A stretch of DNA of 54,651 nt from Actinomycetota bacterium. Its GTDB lineage: Bacteria; Actinomycetota; Acidimicrobiia; Acidimicrobiales; Ilumatobacteraceae. A program made the translations under genes and the position numbers. The stretch is taken from positions 1 to 54,651 of the forward strand of contig JAPKZV010000113.1 of NCBI GenBank assembly GCA_026393585.1. Reading direction: 5' to 3'. The notes beneath the pieces are model-generated. The model ran no database searches. It was not told the DNA's origin and saw only the letters and a program-made list of their open reading frames with translations. This document shows positions 18,637 through 27,952 of the stretch, one piece after another. The first letter of the stretch is position 1. Every line of letters starts with the position of its first letter.

Positions 18637-19407
18637 GTGATGTCGCAGTATTCAGGTCATCCACTCTTTGAATTTGAAGAGTCACAAACTGCGGTCATCA
18701 ACCCGCCAATGCGTAGGAGAGTAGGCAACTTCCCTGAACTTGCTGTGGCCTGTTGGTTTGGCGATGTGCAACGCAAACGTTTTGCAGGCCAAGATCCCAT
18801 CTATCGCATTCCTTTCGAGCACGGCGACCACGAAGTGCATGTTGTAGAGCATCTCGGAAAGCGCATTGCGGTGTTCAACCCCGGAGTAGGTGCGCCAGCG
18901 GCTGCAACTTCATTGGAAGACATCATTGGTCTAGGTGCTACAAAGATCATTGGTTGTGGTGGTGCAGGCATCGTGAAGCAAGGTTTCGATGTGGGTCACA
19001 TCATTGTTCCGACGGGCGCCGTACGTGACGAAGGAACCAGTCATCACTATCAACCTGTCGATGTTGCTGTTGTGCCGCATCCACTTGCCGTAGAAGCAAT
19101 TGACGCAGAGCTATCAGATGCCGGAGTTCCCCACGATAAGGGCCTCACTTGGACCACCGACGCAATCTTTCGCGAGACACCAGAAAAAGTTGCGCGGCGT
19201 CGCGAGCAAGGGTGTATCAGTGTTGAAATGGAAGCATCGGCAATGTTTGCAGTCGCCATGTTTCGTGGAGCGGTGTATGGGCAGTTGTTATATGCCGGTG
19301 ACGATGTGAGTGCACAAACGTGGGACCACCGTCATTGGGAAAAACAAACCTCAGTACGTGAGCGTGTTTTGGAGCTAGCGCTTAACGCTGTGTGTCGCTT
19401 GTCGTAG
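18637..19407 (+). CDS. nucleoside phosphorylase, PNP/UDP family 1
   Basis: 256-aa ORF with GCGGAG..., VRDEGTSHHY, and EMEASAMFAVA, typical of the phosphorylase-1 fold. Substrate was not assigned. Confidence 0.7.
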   Translation: MMSQYSGHPLFEFEESQTAVINPPMRRRVGNFPELAVACWFGDVQRKRFAGQDPIYRIPFEHGDHEVHVVEHLGKRIAVFNPGVGAPAAATSLEDIIGLGATKIIGCGGAGIVKQGFDVGHIIVPTGAVRDEGTSHHYQPVDVAVVPHPLAVEAIDAELSDAGVPHDKGLTWTTDAIFRETPEKVARRREQGCISVEMEASAMFAVAMFRGAVYGQLLYAGDDVSAQTWDHRHWEKQTSVRERVLELALNAVCRLS

Positions 19408-20407
19408 CAATTACTGCACAGTCGCCGGTTAATTGCATTTCTTCGTTTGCATTGAGCAGCATTACTTGGCCACGCGAGAAGCCTTGCCCCGAGCCGGAAA
19501 TGCATGCAACGAGTTGGGGCGTAACAGAAGCAGGCACCGTGGCAGGTGCAGTAACGCTGTGTACGCGAAACGCGCCAGTAGTGGGGTACGTGCTGGTATT
19601 GGGGAGAGCGTTTGTAGCGCGGCGCACGGGCGTAGAAGAAGATTCCCAGTGCGTGATGGTTAAGAGTTCTGCAGTGTCTACATGTTTGTGAGTAAAGCCA
19701 CCGCGCACCACATTGTCGCTGGTGTTCATTACTTCTATGGCAGAACCATTGAGGTACGCATGCAAGGTTCCGGCTTCAAGGAGCAAGCAATCACCAGCGG
19801 CTAACTCGACGCGGTGCATGAGTAGCGCAATGAGAAGTGCAGGGTCGTTGGGGTAAGCAACCCGCAAGTCATTGGCCCACGGAGGTAATTGATCGGGAAT
19901 ACGCAATGCATTTCCTTCAAGCGCCTCGCGGGCAAATGCCTCGATACCATGTTGTTCCAGGAAGTTGGCTAAGTCGCTCCACTGCATGGCGCGAAACCAG
20001 CCCACTGAACTTGCCGCATCATGGAACCCGCACAGCGCAGTAAAGGGTGTGAGGGCAATGAGAAGTTCGGGCTTGTCGGAACTGTCGCGATAAATGCGTT
20101 GTGGTGAACCAATGGGAATGCCTGCTTTGTCTTCACGCTCGAAACCTGCACGTGCTTGTTCTGCAGTGGGGTGCACTTGCAAAGAAAGCGGTGATGATGC
20201 CGAGAGAAACTTCACCATGAAAGGAAGTGGCCCAGCAACACTCGCAAGTGTTTCTTGTGTCGCAGTGAGAGAAGCGTGGCCATCGGGGTGAGTGCCAAAC
20301 CAAATTTCTGCAAGTGGTTCATTGGCAAGAGGGGCACCAACAAACTCATAGAGGAAATGATGATTTCCCCAGTCGTAGTGTTTGTGTACTCCAGTCACCA
20401 GTTGCAT
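19382..20407 (-). CDS. manA: mannose-6-phosphate isomerase, type I
   Basis: The ORF 19382..20458 contains LSLQVHP, YRDSSDKPE, and GTLHAYL..AIEVMNTSDNVVRGGFT. I prefer the Met at 20407 (MQLVTGV...), which lies just downstream of the proS stop. Confidence 0.8.
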   Translation of the reverse strand: MQLVTGVHKHYDWGNHHFLYEFVGAPLANEPLAEIWFGTHPDGHASLTATQETLASVAGPLPFMVKFLSASSPLSLQVHPTAEQARAGFEREDKAGIPIGSPQRIYRDSSDKPELLIALTPFTALCGFHDAASSVGWFRAMQWSDLANFLEQHGIEAFAREALEGNALRIPDQLPPWANDLRVAYPNDPALLIALLMHRVELAAGDCLLLEAGTLHAYLNGSAIEVMNTSDNVVRGGFTHKHVDTAELLTITHWESSSTPVRRATNALPNTSTYPTTGAFRVHSVTAPATVPASVTPQLVACISGSGQGFSRGQVMLLNANEEMQLTGDCAVIATTSDTQR

Positions 20408-20408
20408 G

Positions 20409-22051
20409 TCAGGTTCCTGATTTACAGATGTGTGCAATGTGTTGTGCGGCTTCACCAACAGCTACGTTGCTGCGTTCACCAGTGGCGCGGTCGCGCACTT
20501 CAACAACGCCATCGGCAAGACCTTTGCCCACCACCACGATGGTGGGCATGCCGAGCAGTTCCGCATCTTTGAATTTCACACCTGGTGAAACACCAATGCG
20601 ATCATCGAGTAACACGGTGACTCCTGCACTGTGGAGTTCCTGTGCAAGTTTTTCACCTGCCACTGAAATGTCGTCTCCGGCCTTGCCAGTAATCACTACG
20701 TGCACATCGGCTGGTGCAATGGCGCGTGGCCAACACAAACCAAGTTCGTCGTGGCATGTTTCTGCAACCACAGCAACGGCGCGCGATACACCAATGCCAT
20801 ACGAGCCCATGGTGACCACCGCTTGCTTGCCGTTCTGGTCGAGCACTTTCAAGTCGATGCAAAGTCACGCCCGTAAACAAAGTTGATGACGTGTTGACCT
20901 TTGGCGTTTGCGCCAGTAACCCACGCCGAGCCTTCTACGACGCGAGTGTCGAGAAGGTAACGAATACCAGAGGCACGCGTTGTGCCCAATACGTCGGGGC
21001 CGATGTAGCCCTTTACTAATGCGGGGAACTTGGCGAACGCTGCATCATCGAAAGGTTCTACTTCACTTGGTGACAGTTGTGCTTCAAGACGTTTCATGTC
21101 GACCTCGCGGTCGCCAGGAACACCCACCGCAAGTGGCTCACTTGTGCCATCGGGATGCTTCACCATCACAATGACATTTTTCAATGTGTCGCCTGCAGCA
21201 AATGCTGCACCAGTAGGTGACTTGTGCGGGGTGGTGTTGAGTAACGCAACCAATGAATCGATGGTGGGTGTTTGCGGTGTGTCTACAACAAGTGCTGCGG
21301 GAACATCAACATTGGCAATAGCGGTGACGCGTACTTGAACTGCCTCGGTGTTGGCTGCGTAGTTGCACGAGGTGCAGCGCACAAAAGTGTCTTCACCCAC
21401 TTCGCACTCGGCAAGGAACTCTTCCGATTGAGAACCACCCATTGCGCCCGACATTGCCGACACCACAACATAAGGAATTTTGAGGCGATCAAAAATACGA
21501 ATGTAGGCATCGCGGTGCGCTTGGTAGCTCGCTGCCAAACCAGCTTCATCGTTATCGAAACTGTAGGAATCTTTCATGGTGAACTCGCGACCACGTAAGA
21601 GGCCGGCGCGAGGGCGTGCTTCGTCGCGGTATTTTGTTTGAATCTGATAGAGCGAAACGGGGAGATCTTTGTAGCTCGAGTAGAGGTCTTTCACGAGCAG
21701 GGTGAACATCTCTTCGTGTGTTGGGCCAAGGAGGTAGTCAACACCGCGGCGATCTTGCAGACGAAACAGGGTGGGTCCGTATTCGGTCCAGCGGTTGGTG
21801 GCCTCGTAGGGCTCGCGGGGGAGGAGGGCCGGAAAGTGCACTTCCTGGGCGCCGATGGCGTTCATCTCTTCGCGCACAATATTTTCCACTTTGCGGTGGA
21901 TCTCCCACCCCAGGGGGAGCCAGGTGTACCCACCAGGGGCGGCACGGCGGATATAGCCAGCGCGGACCAAGAGCTTGTGGCTCGGTACCTCAGCATCGGC
22001 AGGGTCGTCGCGCAAGGTACGCAGGAAAAGGTGGGAAAGGCGATGGATCAC
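20409..22051 (-). pseudogene. proS: prolyl-tRNA synthetase (bacterial type with INS editing domain), split into two ORFs with an internal block missing
   Basis: The N-terminal ORF 20849..22051 (400 aa: motif 1/2 [28 protein letters not shown] domain) ends ...GRDFAST*. The C-terminal ORF 20409..20852 (147 aa: [10 protein letters not shown] motif 3, anticodon-binding domain) is in another frame. The [12 protein letters not shown].KYS block expected between them is absent. Confidence 0.8.
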
Positions 22052-22145
22052 CCCCTTACGGTAATTCAGGTGAGGTGGGGTCGGGGGGCTTTAGGCGGGC
22101 AAACCGCTACACTTTCAGCGTCCTTTAGAGTTCCGTGAACCGAGA

Positions 22146-22172
22146 GGCGTGGGCCACGCCCACGCCTTTTTT
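22146..22172 (+). terminator. canonical intrinsic-terminator-like hairpin (9-bp GC-rich stem, 3-nt loop, T6 tract)
   Basis: GGCGTGGGC-cac-GCCCACGCC is followed directly by TTTTTT. It lies in the proS/rimP divergent spacer, 70 nt upstream of the rimP ATG. Confidence 0.55.
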
Positions 22173-22241
22173 GTTCGCGTCGCCCGACGAGGTGTTCATT
22201 GACAAGTCCAGAGCTACTACGAAGAAAGTGAGAAAACGAGT

Positions 22242-22922
22242 ATGACCAATGCATCAACAAACCCTGCACCTCGCTCGTTTGGTTCACCTGTAGCCGATGC
22301 CGTAGCCGCCTTAGTTGGCCCCATCGTCAGCGACCTGGAACTTGAAATTTATGATCTTGAATTTTCTGGCGGTGTCGTGCGCGTTGAAGTCGATACGCCT
22401 CCTGGGCAAGAAAGTGGCGTCAGCCTCGACAAAATTGCGCTCATTACCCGCTTGCTTGGTCGTGAACTCGACCACAACGACCCAGTTCCTGGGCGTTACA
22501 CACTTGAAGTATCGAGCCCTGGCCTCGAGCGCAACTTGCGCCGTGCCGAGCATTATCAGCGCGAAGTCGGCAAAACCGTGTCGTTGCGTTTGCACACGGC
22601 AATCGATGGTGCCCGCCGTTTCCAAGGAATTCTTGCTGCAGCAACGACGCAAGAAATCACCTTGCACATTTTGCCAGAGGGCAAACGTGCCGAAGCGCGC
22701 AGCATCACCATCGATATTGCCAATATCGATCGCGCAAAAACAGTCTTTGTATGGGCTGCCGCACCGAAGCCTGGTTCGCCAGAAGCCCGTAAAGCAGCTG
22801 AATTAGAAGCACAATTTGCCGCTTTAGAGGCAAATGCAAGTGACGATTCCGACGACGATTTTGAAGACGATTTTGAAACGAAACACTCAGACACCGCAAA
22901 CACGGAGGCAACTGCATCATGA
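22242..22922 (+). CDS. rimP: ribosome maturation factor RimP with an acidic C-terminal tail
   Basis: 226-aa ORF with LEVSSPGLERNLR, in the conserved position upstream of nusA with a 4-nt overlap. Confidence 0.85.
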   Translation: MTNASTNPAPRSFGSPVADAVAALVGPIVSDLELEIYDLEFSGGVVRVEVDTPPGQESGVSLDKIALITRLLGRELDHNDPVPGRYTLEVSSPGLERNLRRAEHYQREVGKTVSLRLHTAIDGARRFQGILAAATTQEITLHILPEGKRAEARSITIDIANIDRAKTVFVWAAAPKPGSPEARKAAELEAQFAALEANASDDSDDDFEDDFETKHSDTANTEATAS

Positions 22923-24073
22923 GCAATCTCGACATGACCGAAGCCGTCAAGATGTTGGCCATTGAAAAAGGCATCAGCGTTGACGCACTCTTACAAGTAT
23001 TGGTCGAGGCATTGGCCTCTGCCTACAAAAAGCGCCCCGGCGCCGCCGACGAAGTCATCGTGGAAATCAACCCCGACAACCTCGACATGCGCTTTACCGC
23101 GTACGACCTCGACGACGACGGCAACTGGGTGAATGAACGCGACGACACACCGAAGAAAGAAGAACTTGGTCGTATTGCGGCAGTTACTTTCCGTCAGGTC
23201 ATGAGTCAGCGCATTCGCGAAGCAGAACGCGATCGCAAATTTGAAGAGTATGCAAACCGTGAAGGCGACATTGTGACGGGCATCATTCAACAAATCGACA
23301 AGCGCTACACCTTGCTCGACTTGGGCAAAGTGGAAGCTCTTTTGCCACAAGCAGAGCAAGTTCCTTACGAGAAGCCAGAGCCAAATGGCCGCGTCAAGGC
23401 CTACATCGTAGAAGTACGCAAAACTGCAAAAGGCCCACAAATTGTGGTGAGTCGTACGCATCCTGGTCTTATTAAGCGTCTGTTCGAGCTTGAAGTTCCC
23501 GAAATTGCCGATGGCGTGGTGGAAATCAAGGCTTGCTCACGTGAGCCAGGGCACCGCACCAAAATTGCCGTGTGGTCCAATGACCACAACGTCGATCCTG
23601 TTGGTGCCTGTGTTGGTGCTCGTGGTGGTCGCGTGCGCATGGTGGTCAACGAACTCCGTGGCGAAAAAATCGACATCGTTCCTTACAGCGAAGACCTCGC
23701 CGATTTCGTTGCTAAAGCACTGTCACCTGCCAAGGTCACAGAAGTACGCATCAGCGCCGACGGCACACAAGCCGACGTCATTGTTCCTGAATTCCAGTTG
23801 TCATTGGCCATTGGTAAAGAAGGACAAAACGCTCGCCTTGCTGCTCGCCTCACTGGTTTGCGCATCGACATCAAGAGCGAAAATCAAGCAGCTGCTGAAG
23901 CATCTGGTGAATCACCAAATACCACAAGCGACTCAGGTTTTGCTGAAGGCAAATGGACCCAAAACGATGCCACCGGTGAAATGGAATGGCATGCAGCAGA
24001 CGGTTCTGTCATGAGTGAAAAAGAGTGGGCCGGCGGCGGCACACCTGCAGCAACCACCGAGGTTGCCGAATAG
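22919..24073 (+). CDS. nusA: transcription termination/antitermination factor NusA
   Basis: 384-aa ORF. It has an S1 domain (GDIVTGIIQ), KH domains ([42 protein letters not shown]), and an acidic tail. Confidence 0.95.
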   Translation: MSNLDMTEAVKMLAIEKGISVDALLQVLVEALASAYKKRPGAADEVIVEINPDNLDMRFTAYDLDDDGNWVNERDDTPKKEELGRIAAVTFRQVMSQRIREAERDRKFEEYANREGDIVTGIIQQIDKRYTLLDLGKVEALLPQAEQVPYEKPEPNGRVKAYIVEVRKTAKGPQIVVSRTHPGLIKRLFELEVPEIADGVVEIKACSREPGHRTKIAVWSNDHNVDPVGACVGARGGRVRMVVNELRGEKIDIVPYSEDLADFVAKALSPAKVTEVRISADGTQADVIVPEFQLSLAIGKEGQNARLAARLTGLRIDIKSENQAAAEASGESPNTTSDSGFAEGKWTQNDATGEMEWHAADGSVMSEKEWAGGGTPAATTEVAE

Positions 24074-24348
24074 TGACATTGACGTTGCATCGTCCTACAC
24101 GCATGTGTGTTGGTTGTCGTCGTCGTTTTGACGACGGCTCTTTGATGCGTCTTGTTGTATCGAATCATGCTGTCTACGTCTCACCGACGTCGTCAGGTAG
24201 GGGAGCATGGCTTTGTGCTCACAACGAAAGTTGTGCAGAAAAAGCTGTCTCCCAAGGCGCATTACGTCGCTCACTACGTAAAGAAATAACGATTACCGCA
24301 TCAGACCTTATGACCCTGATGCGCTCCTCCATGGAAATGAAAGGCTGA
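24073..24348 (+). CDS. ylxR: YlxR/DUF448 family RNA-binding protein
   Basis: RMCVGCRRR...GRGAWLC motif, in the conserved nusA-ylxR-infB position. The start is GTG at 24073 or ATG at 24103. Confidence 0.75.
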   Translation: MTLTLHRPTRMCVGCRRRFDDGSLMRLVVSNHAVYVSPTSSGRGAWLCAHNESCAEKAVSQGALRRSLRKEITITASDLMTLMRSSMEMKG

Positions 24349-24355
24349 ATTTACA

Positions 24356-27307
24356 TTGGCTAAGAATCTGCGCGTCCACGAGCTCGCTAAAGAACTCGGT
24401 CTTACCAATAAGGAAGCTGTCGACCTATGTCTCAATATGGGCATCGACATCAAGGGGCATTCATCGTCCATTATCGAGGCGCAAGCCGACCGTGTGCGTC
24501 GTCGTGCTGAACGCGATGGTCTTGTTCGCGATGAACAACCTGAAGAAGTGAAGCCTGTCAAAAAAGCTGCAGTAAAAAAAGTTGCGGCGAAAAAAGAAGG
24601 CGATGCAGAAGGCGACGAGCCAAAACCTGCAAAGAAAGCTGCTGCGAAAAAAGCTCCAGCGAAGAAAGCTGCTGCGAAAAAAGTAGATGACGCAACATCT
24701 GTTGTTGAAGCGCCTGCACCTGTCGTTGAAGCACCCGCACCAGCTGTTGAAGTTGCTGCTCCCGCTCCCGCTCCAGTCGTTGAAGCTCCTGCTCCTGCAC
24801 CTGTAGCTGCTCCGGCACCAGTTGTTGAAGTTGCTGCACCAGTTGCTCCCGTTGTGGAAACACCATCTGCTGCGCCTGCGCCAGCTGCTGAAGCACCAAG
24901 CGATACTGCATCACGCGGTTTCATTTCGAGTGCTCGCCCCACGCCGCCTGTTGCAGCGCGACCTATTTCTCCCGACGGTGCACCTCCTGTGGCACGTACT
25001 CCAGGCTCATTGCCACCAGGCATGCCGCCAGGTATGCCACCGCGTGTAGGTGGACGCCCTGTTCCGCCGCCACCACCCGGGCCTCGTCCGTTGTCGGCAT
25101 CTGGAAAAGTCATTCCGCCACCTCCTGGTTCTTCACGTCCCTCTCCTCCAGTAGGTCGTCCTGGGCCTGGCCCACGACCTGGTGGTCCTGGTGCACGTCC
25201 TGGTGGTCCTGGTGCTCGTCCAGCTCCGGGCGCTCGTCCCGGTGGTCCTGGTGCCCGTCCTGGTGGTCCTGGTGCTCGTCCCGGTGGAGCAGGTGGCCCT
25301 GGTCGTCCTGGTTTTGCTGGTGCTGGTGGCCCACGTCCTGCAGGCGCTGGCGTTGGCGCTGGTGCTCCTGGCAGCGGAGGCCCTCGTCCTGGTGGCGGTG
25401 GTAACAATCGTCCAAATGGTCAGCGTCGTGCTCCACGCAAAAAGTCACGTGGTCGTCGTCGTCGCGACATGGACGAGTTGCAGCCACAGCTCAGTACCAA
25501 CTACACCTCAAGTGATGCTCCGGTTCCAGAAGGCACCGTCATCATTGAGCGTGGAGTATCAGCACAAGAGTTTGCGCCAAAACTGAATCGCACTGCAGCC
25601 GACGTTGTTCGCTACTTGTTAGAGCACGGCGAAATGGTGACTGCCACCATGAGTCTTTCTGACGACCAGATGGAACTCTTTGCACTTGAAGTAGGTGCAG
25701 AAGTTCTGTTGGTCGAGCCAGGTCAGCAAGAAGAAATGGAATTGCAGGCGCTCTTCGACGACTCCGATGACGACGATCCAGATGCTCAGGTAGAGCGTTC
25801 ACCAGTTGTCACCGTGATGGGTCACGTTGACCACGGTAAAACCACGCTTCTCGACCGTATTCGTTCAGCAAACGTTGTTGCTGGCGAAGCAGGCGGAATC
25901 ACACAGCACATTGGTGCATACCAAGTGTTGAAAGATGGCAAGTACATCACGTTCATCGACACCCCTGGTCACGCAGCGTTCAGCAAAATGCGTGCTCGCG
26001 GTGCTCAAGTAACCGACATTGTTGTGCTTGTTGTTGCAGCCGACGACGGTGTGATGCCACAAACCATTGAGGCCATCAACCACGCTCGTGCAGCCGATGT
26101 GCCCATCATTGTTGCAGTGAACAAAATTGACAAAGACAACGCCGACCCACAACGTGTTCTTACACAGCTCGCAGAATACGAGCTTGTGCCTGAAGCATGG
26201 GGTGGCGACACCATCGTGGTGGAAATGTCAGCTCAGCAAAATCTTGGTGTCGACGATCTTCTCGAGCAATTGAATGCTGTTGCAGAACTCGAAGAACTTA
26301 CCGTGAACCCAACGGGCCGTGCCAAGGGCGTTGTTCTTGAAGCCAAACTCGACATTGGTCGTGGCCCTGTTGCCACGGTGCTGGTCGACAAAGGCACGCT
26401 CAAAGTAGGTGACCCAATTGTTGCTGGTGCTGCATGGGGCAAAGTGCGTGCGCTCATTAACGACCGTGGTGAGCAAGTGAAAGAAGCTGGCCCATCAACA
26501 CCAGTACAAGTACTTGGTTTGTCCACCACGCCAAATGCAGGCGATGAATTCCGTTGTGCACATAACGAAAAAACAGCTCGCACCGTGGGTGAATCGCGTG
26601 AAATGCGTTATCGCGCACTCAGCCAACGCGGCGATGCACGTGTGCAGCGTGGTGTGCGTTTGGAAGATATATTCAGCCAAATTCAAGCTGGTGAAGTTGC
26701 TACGTTGAACCTCGTTATCAAGGCCGACATGCATGGTTCGCTCGAAGCCCTCACCGAGAGCTTGCGCAAACTTGAGCGTCCGGAAGTAAAGCCTGCATTC
26801 GTTCATCGCGGTGTTGGTGCTATTACCGAAAACGACATCACGCTCGCAGCAGCAACCAATGCAACACTCATTGGTTTCAACGTGCGTCCAGACCGTAAAG
26901 CCCGCGATCTCGCTGAGGCAGAAAAAGTTGAAATTCGTACCTACGAAATCATCTACAAGTTGCTGGAAGACATCGAACGCGCACTTGTGGGCATGCTCGC
27001 CCCTGAGTACGAAGAAGTAGTCACTGGTGAAGCCGAAGTGCGCGAAGTATTCCGCGTGCCAAAACTCGGTGGAATCGCTGGTTGCCTTGTTCGCACAGGC
27101 GTCATTACTCGTGGCACCAAAGTGCGCTTCTTGCGTGACGGCGTCATCATTTGGAAGGGTTCTATTACTTCCTTGCGCAGGTTCAAGGAAGATGCACGCG
27201 AAGTTCGAGAGGGCTTTGAATGTGGTATAGGTTTGTCTGACTTCCAAGACTTGAAACCAGGCGACCTCATCGAAACCTTTGAAGAGCGTCTCATCGAAAG
27301 GGTATAA
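24356..27307 (+). CDS. infB: translation initiation factor IF-2 with a long Ala/Pro/Gly/Lys low-complexity linker
   Basis: 983-aa ORF with a TTG start and N-terminal [16 protein letters not shown]-domain motifs are [20 protein letters not shown], and NKIDK. Confidence 0.95.
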   Translation: MAKNLRVHELAKELGLTNKEAVDLCLNMGIDIKGHSSSIIEAQADRVRRRAERDGLVRDEQPEEVKPVKKAAVKKVAAKKEGDAEGDEPKPAKKAAAKKAPAKKAAAKKVDDATSVVEAPAPVVEAPAPAVEVAAPAPAPVVEAPAPAPVAAPAPVVEVAAPVAPVVETPSAAPAPAAEAPSDTASRGFISSARPTPPVAARPISPDGAPPVARTPGSLPPGMPPGMPPRVGGRPVPPPPPGPRPLSASGKVIPPPPGSSRPSPPVGRPGPGPRPGGPGARPGGPGARPAPGARPGGPGARPGGPGARPGGAGGPGRPGFAGAGGPRPAGAGVGAGAPGSGGPRPGGGGNNRPNGQRRAPRKKSRGRRRRDMDELQPQLSTNYTSSDAPVPEGTVIIERGVSAQEFAPKLNRTAADVVRYLLEHGEMVTATMSLSDDQMELFALEVGAEVLLVEPGQQEEMELQALFDDSDDDDPDAQVERSPVVTVMGHVDHGKTTLLDRIRSANVVAGEAGGITQHIGAYQVLKDGKYITFIDTPGHAAFSKMRARGAQVTDIVVLVVAADDGVMPQTIEAINHARAADVPIIVAVNKIDKDNADPQRVLTQLAEYELVPEAWGGDTIVVEMSAQQNLGVDDLLEQLNAVAELEELTVNPTGRAKGVVLEAKLDIGRGPVATVLVDKGTLKVGDPIVAGAAWGKVRALINDRGEQVKEAGPSTPVQVLGLSTTPNAGDEFRCAHNEKTARTVGESREMRYRALSQRGDARVQRGVRLEDIFSQIQAGEVATLNLVIKADMHGSLEALTESLRKLERPEVKPAFVHRGVGAITENDITLAAATNATLIGFNVRPDRKARDLAEAEKVEIRTYEIIYKLLEDIERALVGMLAPEYEEVVTGEAEVREVFRVPKLGGIAGCLVRTGVITRGTKVRFLRDGVIIWKGSITSLRRFKEDAREVREGFECGIGLSDFQDLKPGDLIETFEERLIERV
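25178..25279 (+). repeat. in-frame 21-nt tandem repeat (PGGPGAR units) inside infB
   Basis: There are four near-identical cctggtggtcctggtgcNcgt units plus one 18-nt variant (PAPGAR). Flanking AKKAAAKK and VVEAPAP iterations lie at about 24560-24870. Confidence 0.8.
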
Positions 27308-27310
27308 CTC

Positions 27311-27949
27311 ATGGCCGATCTCGAATTTTTCTTCGACCCGATTTGCCCGTGGGCGTGGATCACGTCGCGATGGGTTGATGAAGTGCAAAAGCAGCGTTCT
27401 TACGACGTCACCTGGCGCTTCATTTCGCTGCGCATGATCAACGAGGAAATCGGTTATAACGAGGGAAGCGAAGTTCACCGTCAGTCGCATTTCATCGGAA
27501 CTCAAATTTTGCGCGCAGCCGCATTGGCTCGTGCCGAAGAAGGCAACGAAGCAGTGGGCAAGTTGTACACCGCAGTAGGAACCGCACTGCACAACAACCA
27601 GCAGCGTGAAGAAATGCTGAACAACCCCACGTTCTTCCTTGTTGATGTGTTGAGCCGTAACAACTTGAATGTCGACTGGGCCAGAGGCGCCGACAACGAA
27701 GAGTTCGATGCTGTTATTCGTGAAGAAACCGATTTAGCTTTCTCGCGCACTGGTAAAGGTGTCGGTACGCCAATCCTTACCTTCAAGCCTGGTCAGGCCA
27801 ATGAAGGCAGCTTCTTTGGGCCAGTCATTTCCGAGATTCCTCGTGGCGATGCTGCATTGAAACTGTGGGACGCCATTGAGCTCATTGCCACCTCTACAGG
27901 TATGGCAGAACTCAAGCGCTCCGTTCGCTCAGCGCCGAATTTCAAATAA
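27311..27949 (+). CDS. DsbA-like thioredoxin-fold protein, Rv2466c (mycothiol-dependent reductase)-like, with a CPWA active site
   Basis: 212-aa ORF. FFFDPICPWAWITSRWVDEV, GTPILTF, and FFGPVISEIPRGDAALKLWDA closely parallel my recollection of M. tuberculosis Rv2466c. Confidence 0.75.
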   Translation: MADLEFFFDPICPWAWITSRWVDEVQKQRSYDVTWRFISLRMINEEIGYNEGSEVHRQSHFIGTQILRAAALARAEEGNEAVGKLYTAVGTALHNNQQREEMLNNPTFFLVDVLSRNNLNVDWARGADNEEFDAVIREETDLAFSRTGKGVGTPILTFKPGQANEGSFFGPVISEIPRGDAALKLWDAIELIATSTGMAELKRSVRSAPNFK

Positions 27950-27952
27950 GGG

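Noticed and set aside
20314-20886. 190-aa plus-strand ORF across the manA start / proS 3' region
   Set aside because: It is antisense to the recognisable ProRS anticodon-binding domain and the ManA N-terminus, and has no motifs.
22052-22145. T-box or other leader riboswitch for proS on the minus strand
   Set aside because: The spacer is short, and no T-box consensus (AGGGUGGNACCGCG-like) or specifier-loop architecture was seen. The strong hairpin here has its U-tract only in the plus orientation.
24301-25407. 368-aa minus-strand ORF, extremely Pro/Gly/Ala-rich (collagen- or PE-PGRS-like appearance)
   Set aside because: It lies exactly antisense to the low-complexity Ala/Pro/Gly linker of infB, whose flanking domains are unmistakable. 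The reverse complement of GCN/CCN/GGN-rich codons is again stop-free. It is a compositional shadow ORF.
26495-27592. 365-aa minus-strand ORF spanning the infB 3' end and the DsbA-like gene
   Set aside because: It is in codon register with both sense genes, so antisense stops arise only from sense TTA/CTA/TCA codons, which are rare here. The product is Phe/Cys/His/Thr-rich with no recognisable motif. It is a shadow ORF.
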